NCBI GenBank assembly: GCA_037447435.1 | Contig: JBBIGR010000010.1 | Coordinates: 1 to 64,000 of the forward strand | DNA: 64,000 bases | Source of the DNA: Fibrobacteria bacterium | GTDB lineage: Bacteria; Fibrobacterota; Chitinivibrionia; Chitinivibrionales; FEN-1185 | Direction of reading: 5' to 3' | Shown here: one piece after another, positions 48,872 to 58,560 of the stretch | Layout of the letters: each line of letters begins with the position of its first letter | How positions within the stretch are numbered: position 1 is the stretch's first letter | Notes under the pieces: generated by a model | Databases searched by the model: none | What the model was told of the DNA's origin: nothing | Seen by the model: the letters and a program-made list of their open reading frames with translations, nothing else | Made by a program: the position numbers and the translations under genes

Positions 48872-50388
48872 CAAAAACGATAACAATAGATCCGATCACG
48901 CGACTCGAAGGCCATGGCAAAATCGACATTCATTTGGATGATGCGGGAAATGTTGAACGGGCCTTTTTTCAGGTGCCCGAATTGCGCGGTTTCGAGGCGT
49001 TTTGCATTGGACGACCGGCCGAAGAAATGCCGCAGATCACCTCCCGCATATGCGGCGTATGTCCGACCGCGCATCATATGGCGGCAACCAAGGCGCTTGA
49101 CGCGCTTTACGATGTGACCCCAACGCTGCCGGCAAAACTGATCAGGGAGTTTTTTTATAATCTTTTTATGTTCGAAGACCATTTGCTTCATTTCTTTTTT
49201 CTCGGAGGCCCCGATTTCATAGTCGGCCCTTCGGCACCGAAGGAAAAACGGAATATTCTGGGCGTCATAGAAAAAGTCGGTATCGACGCGGGCAAACAAG
49301 TAATTGAAATCCGTAAACGGTGCAGGGAACTTATGGCCCATATCGGCGGCAAACCGATTCACCCGGTACTCGGCATTGCCGGAGGAGTGGCAAAAACAAT
49401 CGGGGACGATGTGCGGGAACAATGCATTGCGTTCAGCAGCGACGCGATTGCTTTTGCAGAATTCACGCTCAAGGCGTTCGACGACATTGTGCTTAAAAAC
49501 AAGGAGTATGTCGATCTGATCCTTGGAGACGCGTATAAAATCGACACCGGTTATATGGGCATGGTCGATGAAAAAGGACGCGTCAATTTTTATGACGGCG
49601 ATGTCCGCGTCATCGATGGAACCGGAACGCAAATCGAACGGTTTGCCCCCAAGGATTATGCGTCCGTCATCGGCGAGCATGTCGAACCCTGGACCTATAT
49701 CAAATTTCCATATTTGCGGAAACGCGGTTGGAACGGATTTACGGAAAGTAAGACTGGTTCATTGTATCGCGTGTCGCCGATTGCACGGCTCAACGTGAGC
49801 AATGGAATGGCGACGCCAAAAGCGCAGCGCGAATACGAACGGTTTTACAAAACCCTGGGTGCCAAACCGGTGCACAATACGCTTGCGATCCATTGGGCCC
49901 GGCTCGTTGAAGTTCTGAATGCGGCGGAGCGGCTTGTCGAAATAGCAAATCACGAGGAATTTTCCTCGCCCCATATCCGGAACATGGATTTAAAAACACC
50001 GACCGAAGGCGTCGGCATTGTCGAAGCCCCGCGCGGAACGCTCGTGCATCATTATAAAACGGATGAAAACGGAATATTGACCGGTGTGAACCTTATTGTC
50101 GCCACCTTGAATAATTCCGCCGCAATCAACATGTCCGTCGAAAAGGCCGCAAAGGCATTGATTAAGAATAATAAAGTGGATGACGGCTTACTCAATATGG
50201 TGGAAATGGCCTTCAGGGCCTACGATCCTTGTCTGTCGTGTGCGACGCATAATTTGCCCGGAAAAATGCCTCTGGAAATCAGGTTCATTAACAATGGTGA
50301 ACATGAATATTCCATCGTCCGCGACAGGGAAGGGACCGAGCGTCGGATACCTAAAAAAGAAAATGCAAACATTAACAATACCATTTAA
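48868..50388 (+). CDS. mvhA: Group 3c [NiFe]-hydrogenase large subunit
   Basis: TRLEGH, L1 RICGVC, EAPRG, L2 DPCLSCATH plus a C-terminal extension. Confidence 0.95.
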   Translation: MTKTITIDPITRLEGHGKIDIHLDDAGNVERAFFQVPELRGFEAFCIGRPAEEMPQITSRICGVCPTAHHMAATKALDALYDVTPTLPAKLIREFFYNLFMFEDHLLHFFFLGGPDFIVGPSAPKEKRNILGVIEKVGIDAGKQVIEIRKRCRELMAHIGGKPIHPVLGIAGGVAKTIGDDVREQCIAFSSDAIAFAEFTLKAFDDIVLKNKEYVDLILGDAYKIDTGYMGMVDEKGRVNFYDGDVRVIDGTGTQIERFAPKDYASVIGEHVEPWTYIKFPYLRKRGWNGFTESKTGSLYRVSPIARLNVSNGMATPKAQREYERFYKTLGAKPVHNTLAIHWARLVEVLNAAERLVEIANHEEFSSPHIRNMDLKTPTEGVGIVEAPRGTLVHHYKTDENGILTGVNLIVATLNNSAAINMSVEKAAKALIKNNKVDDGLLNMVEMAFRAYDPCLSCATHNLPGKMPLEIRFINNGEHEYSIVRDREGTERRIPKKENANINNTI

Positions 50389-50402
50389 CAAAAGGAGCAG
50401 GT

Positions 50403-50621
50403 ATGGCTGAAGTACTTAATTGTAAAGGAATGAAATGTCCGCAACCGGTTTTGAAAGCGGCAATCAAGGCGAATTCATTGCCGCCCGGTACAACGCTGGA
50501 AGTAATCGCGGATTGCCCCACATTTCCCAACGACATCACAAAATGGTGCAAAGATTCCGGTAAAGTTCTGGTGAGCATTGTGGACAGAGACAACGCCAAG
50601 GTGGCGACGGTGCAATTGTAA
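50403..50621 (+). CDS. TusA/SirA-family sulfur carrier
   Basis: LNCKGMKCPQP, ADCP..DITKWC. Confidence 0.9.
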   Translation: MAEVLNCKGMKCPQPVLKAAIKANSLPPGTTLEVIADCPTFPNDITKWCKDSGKVLVSIVDRDNAKVATVQL

Positions 50622-50642
50622 TTTCGGCTTCATTGAATGCAT

Positions 50643-50695
50643 AAAACGCATGTCCGCTCACAGTCATTGAAATGGCTTTGAGCGGGCGTGTTTTT
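50643..50695 (+). terminator. Intrinsic terminator of the hydrogenase operon
   Basis: aaaacgcatgtccgctca...tgagcgggcgtgttttt. Confidence 0.75.
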
Positions 50696-50707
50696 ATTTC
50701 AAGGATT

Positions 50708-50967
50708 CTATTCACTCAAGTCAAGGTTAAAGTGTGTGGTATAGCTCAGCCCGAAACATGATTTTCCAGATGGAATGTCCTGAAAAACATTGGTGACGGT
50801 ACTATCGTTCGATAACTGTATTACCGTGTCCTTGTCGGAGTGAGGGTGTTCCTTTCTGTAAAATTACCTATTGTTAAGTTTGCCCAAGCTTTCGTGTATC
50901 CGCCGTTTACCCAAAAACGAAACGGTTCCATGGGTGCATATCGCGCTTCGAATTCACCGCCCGCTGC
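50708..50967 (-). pseudogene. Possible frameshifted remnant of an outer-membrane beta-barrel (TonB-dependent receptor-like) gene
   Basis: Manual translation GGEFEARYAPMEPFRFWVNGGYT, then in another frame DIPSGKSCFGLSY; stops on both sides. Confidence 0.3.
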
Positions 50968-51118
50968 CTAATATGAAAAAACGGAATTTTGCCGCAAGTT
51001 CGAATCGACTCTCGGAAAATAATTTTCAAGAAGTAATTAGCTACAATTTAAATTGTACTGCCTGGGAAAATATTCTTCAAATAAATGACCTGACGTAACC
51101 GGCATTTGAATAATAACG

Positions 51119-51211
51119 TCGCTCACCAAAGTGAGCGAAAATTATAATAATTGGCAAAATATTATTGAAAAAATCTTAAAATAGCCATATTTTATTAATA
51201 AGTGCTCACTT
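51119..51211 (+). promoter_or_regulatory. Promoter with a GCTCAC/GTGAGC palindrome and an extra half-site
   Basis: tcgctcac-caaa-gtgagcga (51119-38); TTGAAA-17-TATTTT (51165-93); gctcact at 51204-10. Confidence 0.5.
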
Positions 51212-51226
51212 TAACAAGAGAACTTT

Positions 51227-52099
51227 ATGAAACCATTGACGCAATACACTGATTTTAGGGCATACTTGAGCGATTGGGTAGAGGAAAGGAAAGCGTTAGG
51301 GCTTCCCGGTTCCAATCGCTGGTTTGCCATGAAAATGGGGATCAACTCAACCTCATGGCTTACGTCGGTACTTAAAGGGGTAAAAGGGTTATCAAAGGTT
51401 TCAGCAAACAAAGTATCACAGGTTCTCAAGCATTCGCCGATTGAAGAGCGCTTTTTCGAAACGCTCGTTTATTTCAATCAGGCCCGCTCCATAGAGGAAA
51501 GAAATTCTTATTATCAACAATTGATTTCTTTGCAAAAAATGAAGGACGCACGCACACTGGCCCCGGGGCAGTACGATTTATATGCAACATGGTATCACAG
51601 TGCCGTACGATCGCTTATTGGCATGTATGAATTCACACCGGATTTAAAATCCTACGAACGATTGGCCGCTATGATGTCGCCGCCGATCACAGCTTCACAG
51701 GCGATAAAGTCCGTCGATTTGTTGCGTAAGCTGAACCTTGTATCGCTCAACGGAAACGGGCATCTTGAATTGACCGAAACCGCCATAAAATCCGGGGAAG
51801 AAATCCAATCGCTTGCCGTTGCAAATTTTCAACAGGAAACCATACGGCTCGCGGCAGAGGCTCTGGACCGCTATCCGAGAAATCAGCGATATGTCGGTAC
51901 CGTTACCGTCGGCATCAGCGAACAATCGTTTAATACGATAAAGGCATTGCTTGTTGAAACAAGCAATAAAATTGCCGAAATAGCAAACGCCGATGCGGAT
52001 GCGCGGCAAGTGTATCAAATCAATTTACAGGCTTTTCCAATGACTAAACCGCCGGATGTATTAAAAGATTCCCTGGCAAAAGGCGGAAATAATGAATAG
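51227..52099 (+). CDS. TIGR02147-family protein (N-terminal HTH + DUF4423-like)
   Basis: YTDFRAYL, SNRWFAMKMGINS..L..VLKG, FETLVYFNQA, WYHSAVR, VYQINLQAFP. Confidence 0.9.
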   Translation: MKPLTQYTDFRAYLSDWVEERKALGLPGSNRWFAMKMGINSTSWLTSVLKGVKGLSKVSANKVSQVLKHSPIEERFFETLVYFNQARSIEERNSYYQQLISLQKMKDARTLAPGQYDLYATWYHSAVRSLIGMYEFTPDLKSYERLAAMMSPPITASQAIKSVDLLRKLNLVSLNGNGHLELTETAIKSGEEIQSLAVANFQQETIRLAAEALDRYPRNQRYVGTVTVGISEQSFNTIKALLVETSNKIAEIANADADARQVYQINLQAFPMTKPPDVLKDSLAKGGNNE

Positions 52100-52787
52100 A
52101 AACAGGATTATCACCGTGAGCACGATTGGGAAAAGTATACTGGTGTTGTCGACAATCGTTTGTGTATTGCTTTGTGCCTGTTCCGCACAAAAAATAGCAG
52201 GGGGTAACAGTTCGCAAACCGGAAACAACGGGATGCTTTTGGCTGCTGTGTCGCAAACCATTTGCGGTACCACGATTCCGCATGCCTATATTGCGGTGTA
52301 TGCCGACAGTTTTCTGCCATATAAAGATACCTTGGGTTTTTCCGATTCAACGCTTGCAAATGACAGCGGCCATTTTTCTTTTTCAAATTTAGCTCCCGGT
52401 TACTACAATGTATTCGTCGATAATCGGGCTAAAAGCCGCGGGGGAATGGCTTTTGTGCAAAAGGTTCCGGTTTTTAAAGACTCGGTATTTTCCGATACCC
52501 TCGATAGTTTGGCGCAATCGGGTTTTGTGGCCGGAAATGCCGTCGATTCAATGAACAATCCCTTGTTTTTGTCCTATATTTTCATCAAAGGTTCACCGTT
52601 TTATACGTTGGCAAAAAGTAATGGCGGTTTTTTGCTGGGACCTGTGCCGGAAGGAAAATATAAAGTCGGATTATTTGCAGATTATCAAAATATAAAACTT
52701 GGACCAAATGTAATGATCGCTAAATCGGTCGTCGACACCGGTATGGCAACCGTTTATCCCGATAGTACGTCTGTCTGTCAATTTTAA
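52092..52787 (+). CDS. Lipoprotein with carboxypeptidase-regulatory-like (beta-sandwich) repeats
   Basis: Lipobox LCAC, IAGGNSSQTGN, NDSGHFSFSNLAPGYY, NGGFLLGPVPEGKY. Confidence 0.75.
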   Translation: MNRNRIITVSTIGKSILVLSTIVCVLLCACSAQKIAGGNSSQTGNNGMLLAAVSQTICGTTIPHAYIAVYADSFLPYKDTLGFSDSTLANDSGHFSFSNLAPGYYNVFVDNRAKSRGGMAFVQKVPVFKDSVFSDTLDSLAQSGFVAGNAVDSMNNPLFLSYIFIKGSPFYTLAKSNGGFLLGPVPEGKYKVGLFADYQNIKLGPNVMIAKSVVDTGMATVYPDSTSVCQF

Positions 52788-52801
52788 CAAAGGAGGAAAA
52801 A

Positions 52802-53512
52802 ATGAAAGCACTGATTGGAACTTGTTTTTTATTGATTTCGGTGTTTGCCGCTTATGGTCATGGGCCGGTTATAACGCTTAAAGACACCGCCATAGTGGTA
52901 CCCGCAAACCCGACGACGAAAGACTCGCTGATTTTCAACCTTTTTAACGCAACCGATTGCTGCGGTACGATATACCGAGCCAAGCAAGTGACGATATCGG
53001 GCTCTAACATCTATTTGGACTATACATACGATGATTCACTGTGTCAGTATATTGCATGTATTGCAGCCGGGTCTCAGACTTCTTTTTCGTCAAAACCTAT
53101 CGGAGCCGGAACATATACCATTTTAAAAGTAGCGTCAATGTATTGCGTAGGAAGAATTTGCCCGATGATTGCCATCATTCCTGAAAAGGTCGGGACGGTG
53201 ATCGTAACTGCCTCAACTGGGGTAAATACTTTTCCGACAGATAATGGTCGGGGCAATAAAAACTTCGGTTTGAATGTAACGGGAAATTCAATAGCACTCT
53301 CCATGCAAAACAATTCAAGTGTAGACATTAGAGTATTTGATGTCAAAGGATCGTTGATCGGTAAAATGTTGAACGCTTCCATGAATGCGGGCTTATCAAT
53401 AATCAGCATTGATAAGATTGTTGATAAGCAATTTGCCGATGGTGCTATAGTTGTTCATGTTACGGTACATGGAGCAACAAAGGCGACAAGGATGTTTTTA
53501 ACCGTAAAGTAA
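52802..53512 (+). CDS. Secreted Cys-rich protein with a T9SS-like C-terminal sorting domain
   Basis: Signal peptide, paired Cys residues, tail VDIRVFDVKGSLI...GAIVVHV...TVK. Confidence 0.65.
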   Translation: MKALIGTCFLLISVFAAYGHGPVITLKDTAIVVPANPTTKDSLIFNLFNATDCCGTIYRAKQVTISGSNIYLDYTYDDSLCQYIACIAAGSQTSFSSKPIGAGTYTILKVASMYCVGRICPMIAIIPEKVGTVIVTASTGVNTFPTDNGRGNKNFGLNVTGNSIALSMQNNSSVDIRVFDVKGSLIGKMLNASMNAGLSIISIDKIVDKQFADGAIVVHVTVHGATKATRMFLTVK

Positions 53513-53601
53513 AATGACAAACCATGGCTGTTTCGCGTATGCGTTTTAATTTGGTAAAGATTTAATAGCGCTATTTGCGAAAAAATAAATCAATCGATCA
53601 T

Positions 53602-53643
53602 TTAAACGGAGAGGGATGGAAATGCCGTTACCTCTCCGTTTAA
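53602..53643. terminator. Strong stem-loop/terminator
   Basis: ttaaacggagagg...cctctccgtttaa, a 13-bp inverted repeat. Confidence 0.65.
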
Positions 53644-53711
53644 TTTTGTATTTGCGGCAAGTATATTAAAATGAAAAGATGGTTACATTCACAATTTGAA
53701 AAAGGGTTCCT

Positions 53712-55028
53712 ATGAAAAATTATATACTCGATACCACGGTCCTTTTTTACGACAGTCAGGCGCTGTTCAAATTTGAAGATAACAACGTGATCATTCCGAT
53801 TACCGTGATCGAGGACGTCGATCATTTTAAAAAAGACCTTACCGAAACCGGCAGAAACGCGCGGCAGACTTCCCGGTATCTCGACGAATTGAGGAAATCG
53901 GGTACCTTGACTAAAGGCGTCAAGCTCGATAATGGCGGAATATTATATGTCAAAATGGGCGATTCGGAAACGGGGAAACGGGTTCCCCGCGAATTTCAGG
54001 AGCGCCAACGGGCTAATCAGATACTTTCAACGGCGTTGGATGTAAAGGAAAAAGCGGGAAACGTTCCTACAATATTGGTCACCAAAGACATTAATTTGCG
54101 AATCAAAGCCGATGCCTTGGGTTTGGTCGTCGAAGATTACGAATCCGATCGGGTGGAAATAGAAGAACTGTACAGCGGGTATGTCTCAAAAAAGGTTGAA
54201 TCCTCCGTTATTGACGCGTACTTTGAAAAAGGCTCAATCCCTTTCGGCGAAGCACTGTATTCGAATCAATACTTGGAATTGATAGATGATAAAAATCCGG
54301 ATCGGATCGCACTGGGCCGCTACGACGCCAAGGAAAAGAAAATAGTCCGCCTCGTGTCCGAAGGAAAAGAAGGAATGTTCCGGATAAAACCCCGGAATAC
54401 GGAACAGCTGTTCACCATGGATGCGCTATTGAACGATTCCATTCAATTGGTGACCTTGGTGGGAAAGGCCGGAACGGGAAAAACCTTGTTGGCTGTTGCG
54501 GCGAGCTTAAGCAAAACCATAGACGACAATATGTTTACGAGGATTTTGGTTTCGCGCCCGACGCTTCCAATGGGTAAAGATATCGGGTTCTTACCCGGGA
54601 CGGTCGAAGAAAAACTGACCCCGTGGATGTATCCCATTATCGATAATGTCGATTTGCTGCTTCGAAGCGAGGCAAAGGCCCGTCGGCATATACGGGGATT
54701 CAAGGAGCTCATGGATACCGGTATTTTAGTGATAGAACCGCTTACCTATATCCGGGGTCGGTCTATTCATAATCAATATCTCATCGTTGATGAGGCTCAA
54801 AACCTGACGCCTCATGAAATTAAAACCATCATGACGCGTGTCGGCGACGGGACAAAAATCGTATTGACGGGCGATCCGTACCAAATCGATAATCCGTATA
54901 TCGATTCATCGAGTAACGGCCTCACGTACGTCGTTGAAAAATTCAAAAATCAGGATATCGCCGCCCATGTGACCTTGACCAAAGGCGAAAGGTCGGTTTT
55001 GTCGGAGCTGGCCGCGAATATTTTATAA
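53712..55028 (+). CDS. PhoH2-type PIN + PhoH ATPase (YlaK-like)
   Basis: YILDTTV, TKDINLRIKA, GKAGTGKT, IGFLPG, IRGRS, DEAQN, TGDPYQID. Confidence 0.94.
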   Translation: MKNYILDTTVLFYDSQALFKFEDNNVIIPITVIEDVDHFKKDLTETGRNARQTSRYLDELRKSGTLTKGVKLDNGGILYVKMGDSETGKRVPREFQERQRANQILSTALDVKEKAGNVPTILVTKDINLRIKADALGLVVEDYESDRVEIEELYSGYVSKKVESSVIDAYFEKGSIPFGEALYSNQYLELIDDKNPDRIALGRYDAKEKKIVRLVSEGKEGMFRIKPRNTEQLFTMDALLNDSIQLVTLVGKAGTGKTLLAVAASLSKTIDDNMFTRILVSRPTLPMGKDIGFLPGTVEEKLTPWMYPIIDNVDLLLRSEAKARRHIRGFKELMDTGILVIEPLTYIRGRSIHNQYLIVDEAQNLTPHEIKTIMTRVGDGTKIVLTGDPYQIDNPYIDSSSNGLTYVVEKFKNQDIAAHVTLTKGERSVLSELAANIL

Positions 55029-55032
55029 GGGG

Positions 55033-55506
55033 TTATGCTTGGATAATCGAGGAAATTGTTTGCACTGTTTCGTCGAGTTTCTTTTTGCTGCAATAAATCC
55101 CCCAAAAAAGCGCAACGCCGGGAAGAGGCGTCGCCTCGAGCTCTTCGAACAATTCGTTTACTTTATGTAAACATCTCTTGGCGCCGGAGAAAAATGTGGG
55201 CAAGCCCGATGTCGTAAAACAAAGGGCCTTTTTATTTTTGAGCGAGTCGAGTTGTTTTAAAAAAGCAACAGCGACCGGCGATGCGCCGAATGCCAAAATG
55301 GGGCCGCCGACCAATACGGCGTCATATTCTTCGACATCGGGGAGATTGCGGAACGTCACCGACCTCATCGTGGCGCGGACTTTGTTGACCGGCCGTAATA
55401 ATTCGATGGATACGTCGTGTCCTTTTTCACGCAACGCATGGGTGAGCGCAAGCCCGAGCTTCGCCGTGTTGCCGGATTGGGAATGAATGAATATCCCGAT
55501 TTTCAT
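55033..55506 (-). CDS. Flavodoxin-family protein
   Basis: HSQSGNTAK, YDAVLVGGP, CFTTSG. Confidence 0.88.
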   Translation of the reverse strand: MKIGIFIHSQSGNTAKLGLALTHALREKGHDVSIELLRPVNKVRATMRSVTFRNLPDVEEYDAVLVGGPILAFGASPVAVAFLKQLDSLKNKKALCFTTSGLPTFFSGAKRCLHKVNELFEELEATPLPGVALFWGIYCSKKKLDETVQTISSIIQA

Positions 55507-55509
55507 GGC

Positions 55510-56976
55510 CTATTTTCTCTCGAAAAGGGTATCCATAGACGATACGATCGTGCTCGGTGTAAGAGCCCGCAGCGAGAAACCTTTGATGGTATCATTTTTA
55601 AAAATCACCGACGTGTCGCCGACGACGGTATAAGTAATTTTAGACGGATCGAGATATTTTTTCGCCGCATTGGCGATATCATTTTTTGTCAATGCGTTGA
55701 CTTTAGAAGGAAACGAGACGAAATGATCCGGCAACCGTTTCCAGTATTCGTTTTGCTCGTAATTTTCCACGATGTCGTCGGGCGAACGGAACATGGACGG
55801 CAATCCGTCGATTAATATTTTCTTGGCATGGCTCAATTCTTCGTCGGAAATTCCCGAAGACCGGATTTTTGCAATTTCATCATTCGCGATCGCCATTGCC
55901 TTGCTTGCGGTTTCATTTTTAGTGTGGAATTCCACGAAAAAGGTGGCCGGAAAGAAATAATTCGACCCGGCGCTCGAATAAATCACATATGCCAACCCCT
56001 CGTCAGAACGGACCTTGCTGCCCAGCCGCGAGGTAAATCCTTCACCGCCAAGAATAAGGTTGAGGACCTGTAACGCGTAGAAATCGTCGTTGGGGCGTTT
56101 AAAAAGGGGTAACCCCATACGGACATAGCTCTGTGTGATCGGCTTGTTGACAATAATGGATTTCGCGAGCGGTTTCACCGCGATTTGCGCATAGCAGGAA
56201 TCATTTGTCGTGGCCGAGCCTGCTTTGGGAAACAGTGCGGTCAGTTTTTGTTCGATTGCCTTCGTGGTGAAGTTCCCGGAAATCGCAACCATCATATTCG
56301 CTGTTGCAAATATTTTATCGTGCAAATTGATTAAATCCTGTCTTTTGATGGCGCTAACGGTTTTTGCCGTGGCTAGGGCATTGTTTTTCCCGTCGCGATA
56401 CATTGCTTTTTCATATGCCGCATCCAGAATCGGGTCGGGATTGTCGAACCGGTGCGCAATGGATTCCAAAAATATGGATGTTTGCTTTTTGACTTTTCTT
56501 TCCTCGAAACTCGGGGAGAAAAGAATTTGCGAAAGGATGTATAAACACGTATCGGTAAATTCCGAAAGGCAGGAACAGGAAAAAGAAATTTGCGTTTCCG
56601 AAGCGGAAACCGAAAAATGCATGGCGTATACATCGATGAGATTGTCAAGCGTGTCCGACGGGTATGCTTTGGTTCCGCCGGTACGCATGAGAGACGCCAT
56701 TAAACTGCTCAGCCCCTCTTTGTCCAAAGGGTCGGCGATGGAACCGTACCGCACCGTACCCGATACCTTGACGTACGGTAGCGAATGGTCTTCGGCGATA
56801 TAGGTCACCAGGCCGTTGGAAAGCACATGGCGATACGGTTCGCCGAGCGGGACTTTCCAATCCAATGGGGGATACTGAATTTTTGCCGGGACAGCCGGTT
56901 TCGTTGATCCTTGTCCCAAACAAATACCAAACGCAATTACTGCGAAAAGCATGCATCGAATCATTCTTTGTTTCAT
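55510..56976 (-). CDS. M16 peptidase, non-catalytic subunit
   Basis: LSNGL, LGGEGFTSRL..VR..GLAY; no HxxEH; signal peptide. Confidence 0.9.
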   Translation of the reverse strand: MKQRMIRCMLFAVIAFGICLGQGSTKPAVPAKIQYPPLDWKVPLGEPYRHVLSNGLVTYIAEDHSLPYVKVSGTVRYGSIADPLDKEGLSSLMASLMRTGGTKAYPSDTLDNLIDVYAMHFSVSASETQISFSCSCLSEFTDTCLYILSQILFSPSFEERKVKKQTSIFLESIAHRFDNPDPILDAAYEKAMYRDGKNNALATAKTVSAIKRQDLINLHDKIFATANMMVAISGNFTTKAIEQKLTALFPKAGSATTNDSCYAQIAVKPLAKSIIVNKPITQSYVRMGLPLFKRPNDDFYALQVLNLILGGEGFTSRLGSKVRSDEGLAYVIYSSAGSNYFFPATFFVEFHTKNETASKAMAIANDEIAKIRSSGISDEELSHAKKILIDGLPSMFRSPDDIVENYEQNEYWKRLPDHFVSFPSKVNALTKNDIANAAKKYLDPSKITYTVVGDTSVIFKNDTIKGFSLRALTPSTIVSSMDTLFERK

Positions 56977-56989
56977 TGAGTGGTTCCCG

Positions 56990-58474
56990 TCATTTTCCTG
57001 AAGATGGTTGTTTTTGCAATAATAAACCCATGGTCGCCTTGCTGAAATCGAAATAGGTATTGACGATACCCGGAATATCAGATGCTTTTACTGCCGCGAT
57101 TTTATCGGGATAGGAGAGCATGTATTTCCATGACCCGATCCTTTCGAAATAGGCCAAACGGTCGGATACGCCTTCAAGGCTTTTCAAGTTCGATACAAAC
57201 GACATCCGGATACTGTTTTTTATACGCTCCATTTCCCGTGCAGAGGGAGGATCTTTTGCAAGCGATGCCAGTTCATCCTTGATGATTTGCTCCACTTTTT
57301 GCGGATCAACCCCTTTTTTCAACGTTGCCGAAATTTCGAAGTAGCCGTCGTTTATTCGTATGGAATTCGACGCCTCCGCATCGGTGCAACAATCTTCCCT
57401 ATTGACAAGCCTGTCGAATAATCTGCCGCTTCTTCCGGACAGAATCGATTCCAGGACTTCAAGTTTGTAAAGGTCGTCATGGTAAAAACCCGGGGTGTGG
57501 AACATGATGTCGATGCGCGGTTCGGCATCGTCGTACACGGTGAACCTGGTTTCACCGATCGGCATCGGCTCACGGGTAACGACTTCGGGTTTGGGTTTGG
57601 CTGCCCGGGGAATTGCGCTGAAGTATTTGTTGATGTCCGCAATCGCTTTCTTCGGCGACACATTGCCGACGAGCACAATAACCGCATTATCGGGCGTGTA
57701 GAATTGCTTCACATGGTTCGAAAGGTCCTGGATGGTGTAATTTTGGATATCCGATTTCCACCCTATTGTCGGCAGCCGGTAAGGGTTTGCAATATAGAAT
57801 AATGAATTCAAATATTCGTAAAACCTGTTTCCGGGTTGGTTCTCATACCGCATTCTTCGTTCTTCCAGTACGACGTCCCGTTCGCTGTAAAATTCCCTGA
57901 AAACCGGGTTTGCCATGCGGTCGGATTCTATCCAGTAAAAAAGTTCGATCTTGTTCTTTGGTAAGGTGACGATATACGCGGTCATGTCGTCAGCGGTCCA
58001 CCCGTTTAAATGCGTGGCGCCGTTGCCCATGTACAATTCCCAAATTTCGTCTTTTTTAATGAATTCCCGCTGTTTATCGGTATAGCCGAGAATTTCGCGT
58101 CTTAGCGATTTGCAAACGGCTGCCGTGTCCGAAATCCCGCGGTTTTTTAATTTGTAAATTAGTTTGTCCACGGAATCTATTTTTGCCAGCCACAAAGATT
58201 CCTTTTTAAAATCCTTGGTCCCCAGCGTATGCGTCCCCTTGAACATCATATGCTCATACATATGTGAAAGACCCGATGTTCCGAATCCTTCATACATGGA
58301 ACCCACGAAATAATACAGCCTGCACGACACGACGGCGACATTCGTGTCCGGGACAATAATGATGCGAAGTCCGTTTTTCAACGTGTCGTAGGTGACGGGT
58401 ACGTTGATGTCGTAGGCGCTAACGGCTGCCGTCAGGGAGACGATTGCGAAGCATAATTTCAATAAAGAATACAT
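56990..58474 (-). CDS. M16 zinc peptidase, catalytic subunit
   Basis: GLSHMYEHMMFKGT (HxxEH), ESDRM, ERDVVLEERR; signal peptide. Confidence 0.92.
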   Translation of the reverse strand: MYSLLKLCFAIVSLTAAVSAYDINVPVTYDTLKNGLRIIIVPDTNVAVVSCRLYYFVGSMYEGFGTSGLSHMYEHMMFKGTHTLGTKDFKKESLWLAKIDSVDKLIYKLKNRGISDTAAVCKSLRREILGYTDKQREFIKKDEIWELYMGNGATHLNGWTADDMTAYIVTLPKNKIELFYWIESDRMANPVFREFYSERDVVLEERRMRYENQPGNRFYEYLNSLFYIANPYRLPTIGWKSDIQNYTIQDLSNHVKQFYTPDNAVIVLVGNVSPKKAIADINKYFSAIPRAAKPKPEVVTREPMPIGETRFTVYDDAEPRIDIMFHTPGFYHDDLYKLEVLESILSGRSGRLFDRLVNREDCCTDAEASNSIRINDGYFEISATLKKGVDPQKVEQIIKDELASLAKDPPSAREMERIKNSIRMSFVSNLKSLEGVSDRLAYFERIGSWKYMLSYPDKIAAVKASDIPGIVNTYFDFSKATMGLLLQKQPSSGK

Positions 58475-58560
58475 TGTTTTCTCCAAAAAGAGGGATTCTC
58501 TTCGGCATATCTCTTAACAAAAAAGAGTTGCCGTGAGGTCGAAATAATGAATATCCGTTC

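Noticed and set aside
45536..50388. Methanogen origin or a selenocysteine-containing hydrogenase
   Set aside because: The context is bacterial (typA, cydAB, TIGR02147) and all Cys motifs are read through without an in-frame TGA.
50735..51010. tRNA-like fragments GGTATAGCTCAG and GTTCGAATC
   Set aside because: They are about 260 nt apart, the T-stem does not pair, and no cloverleaf can be drawn.
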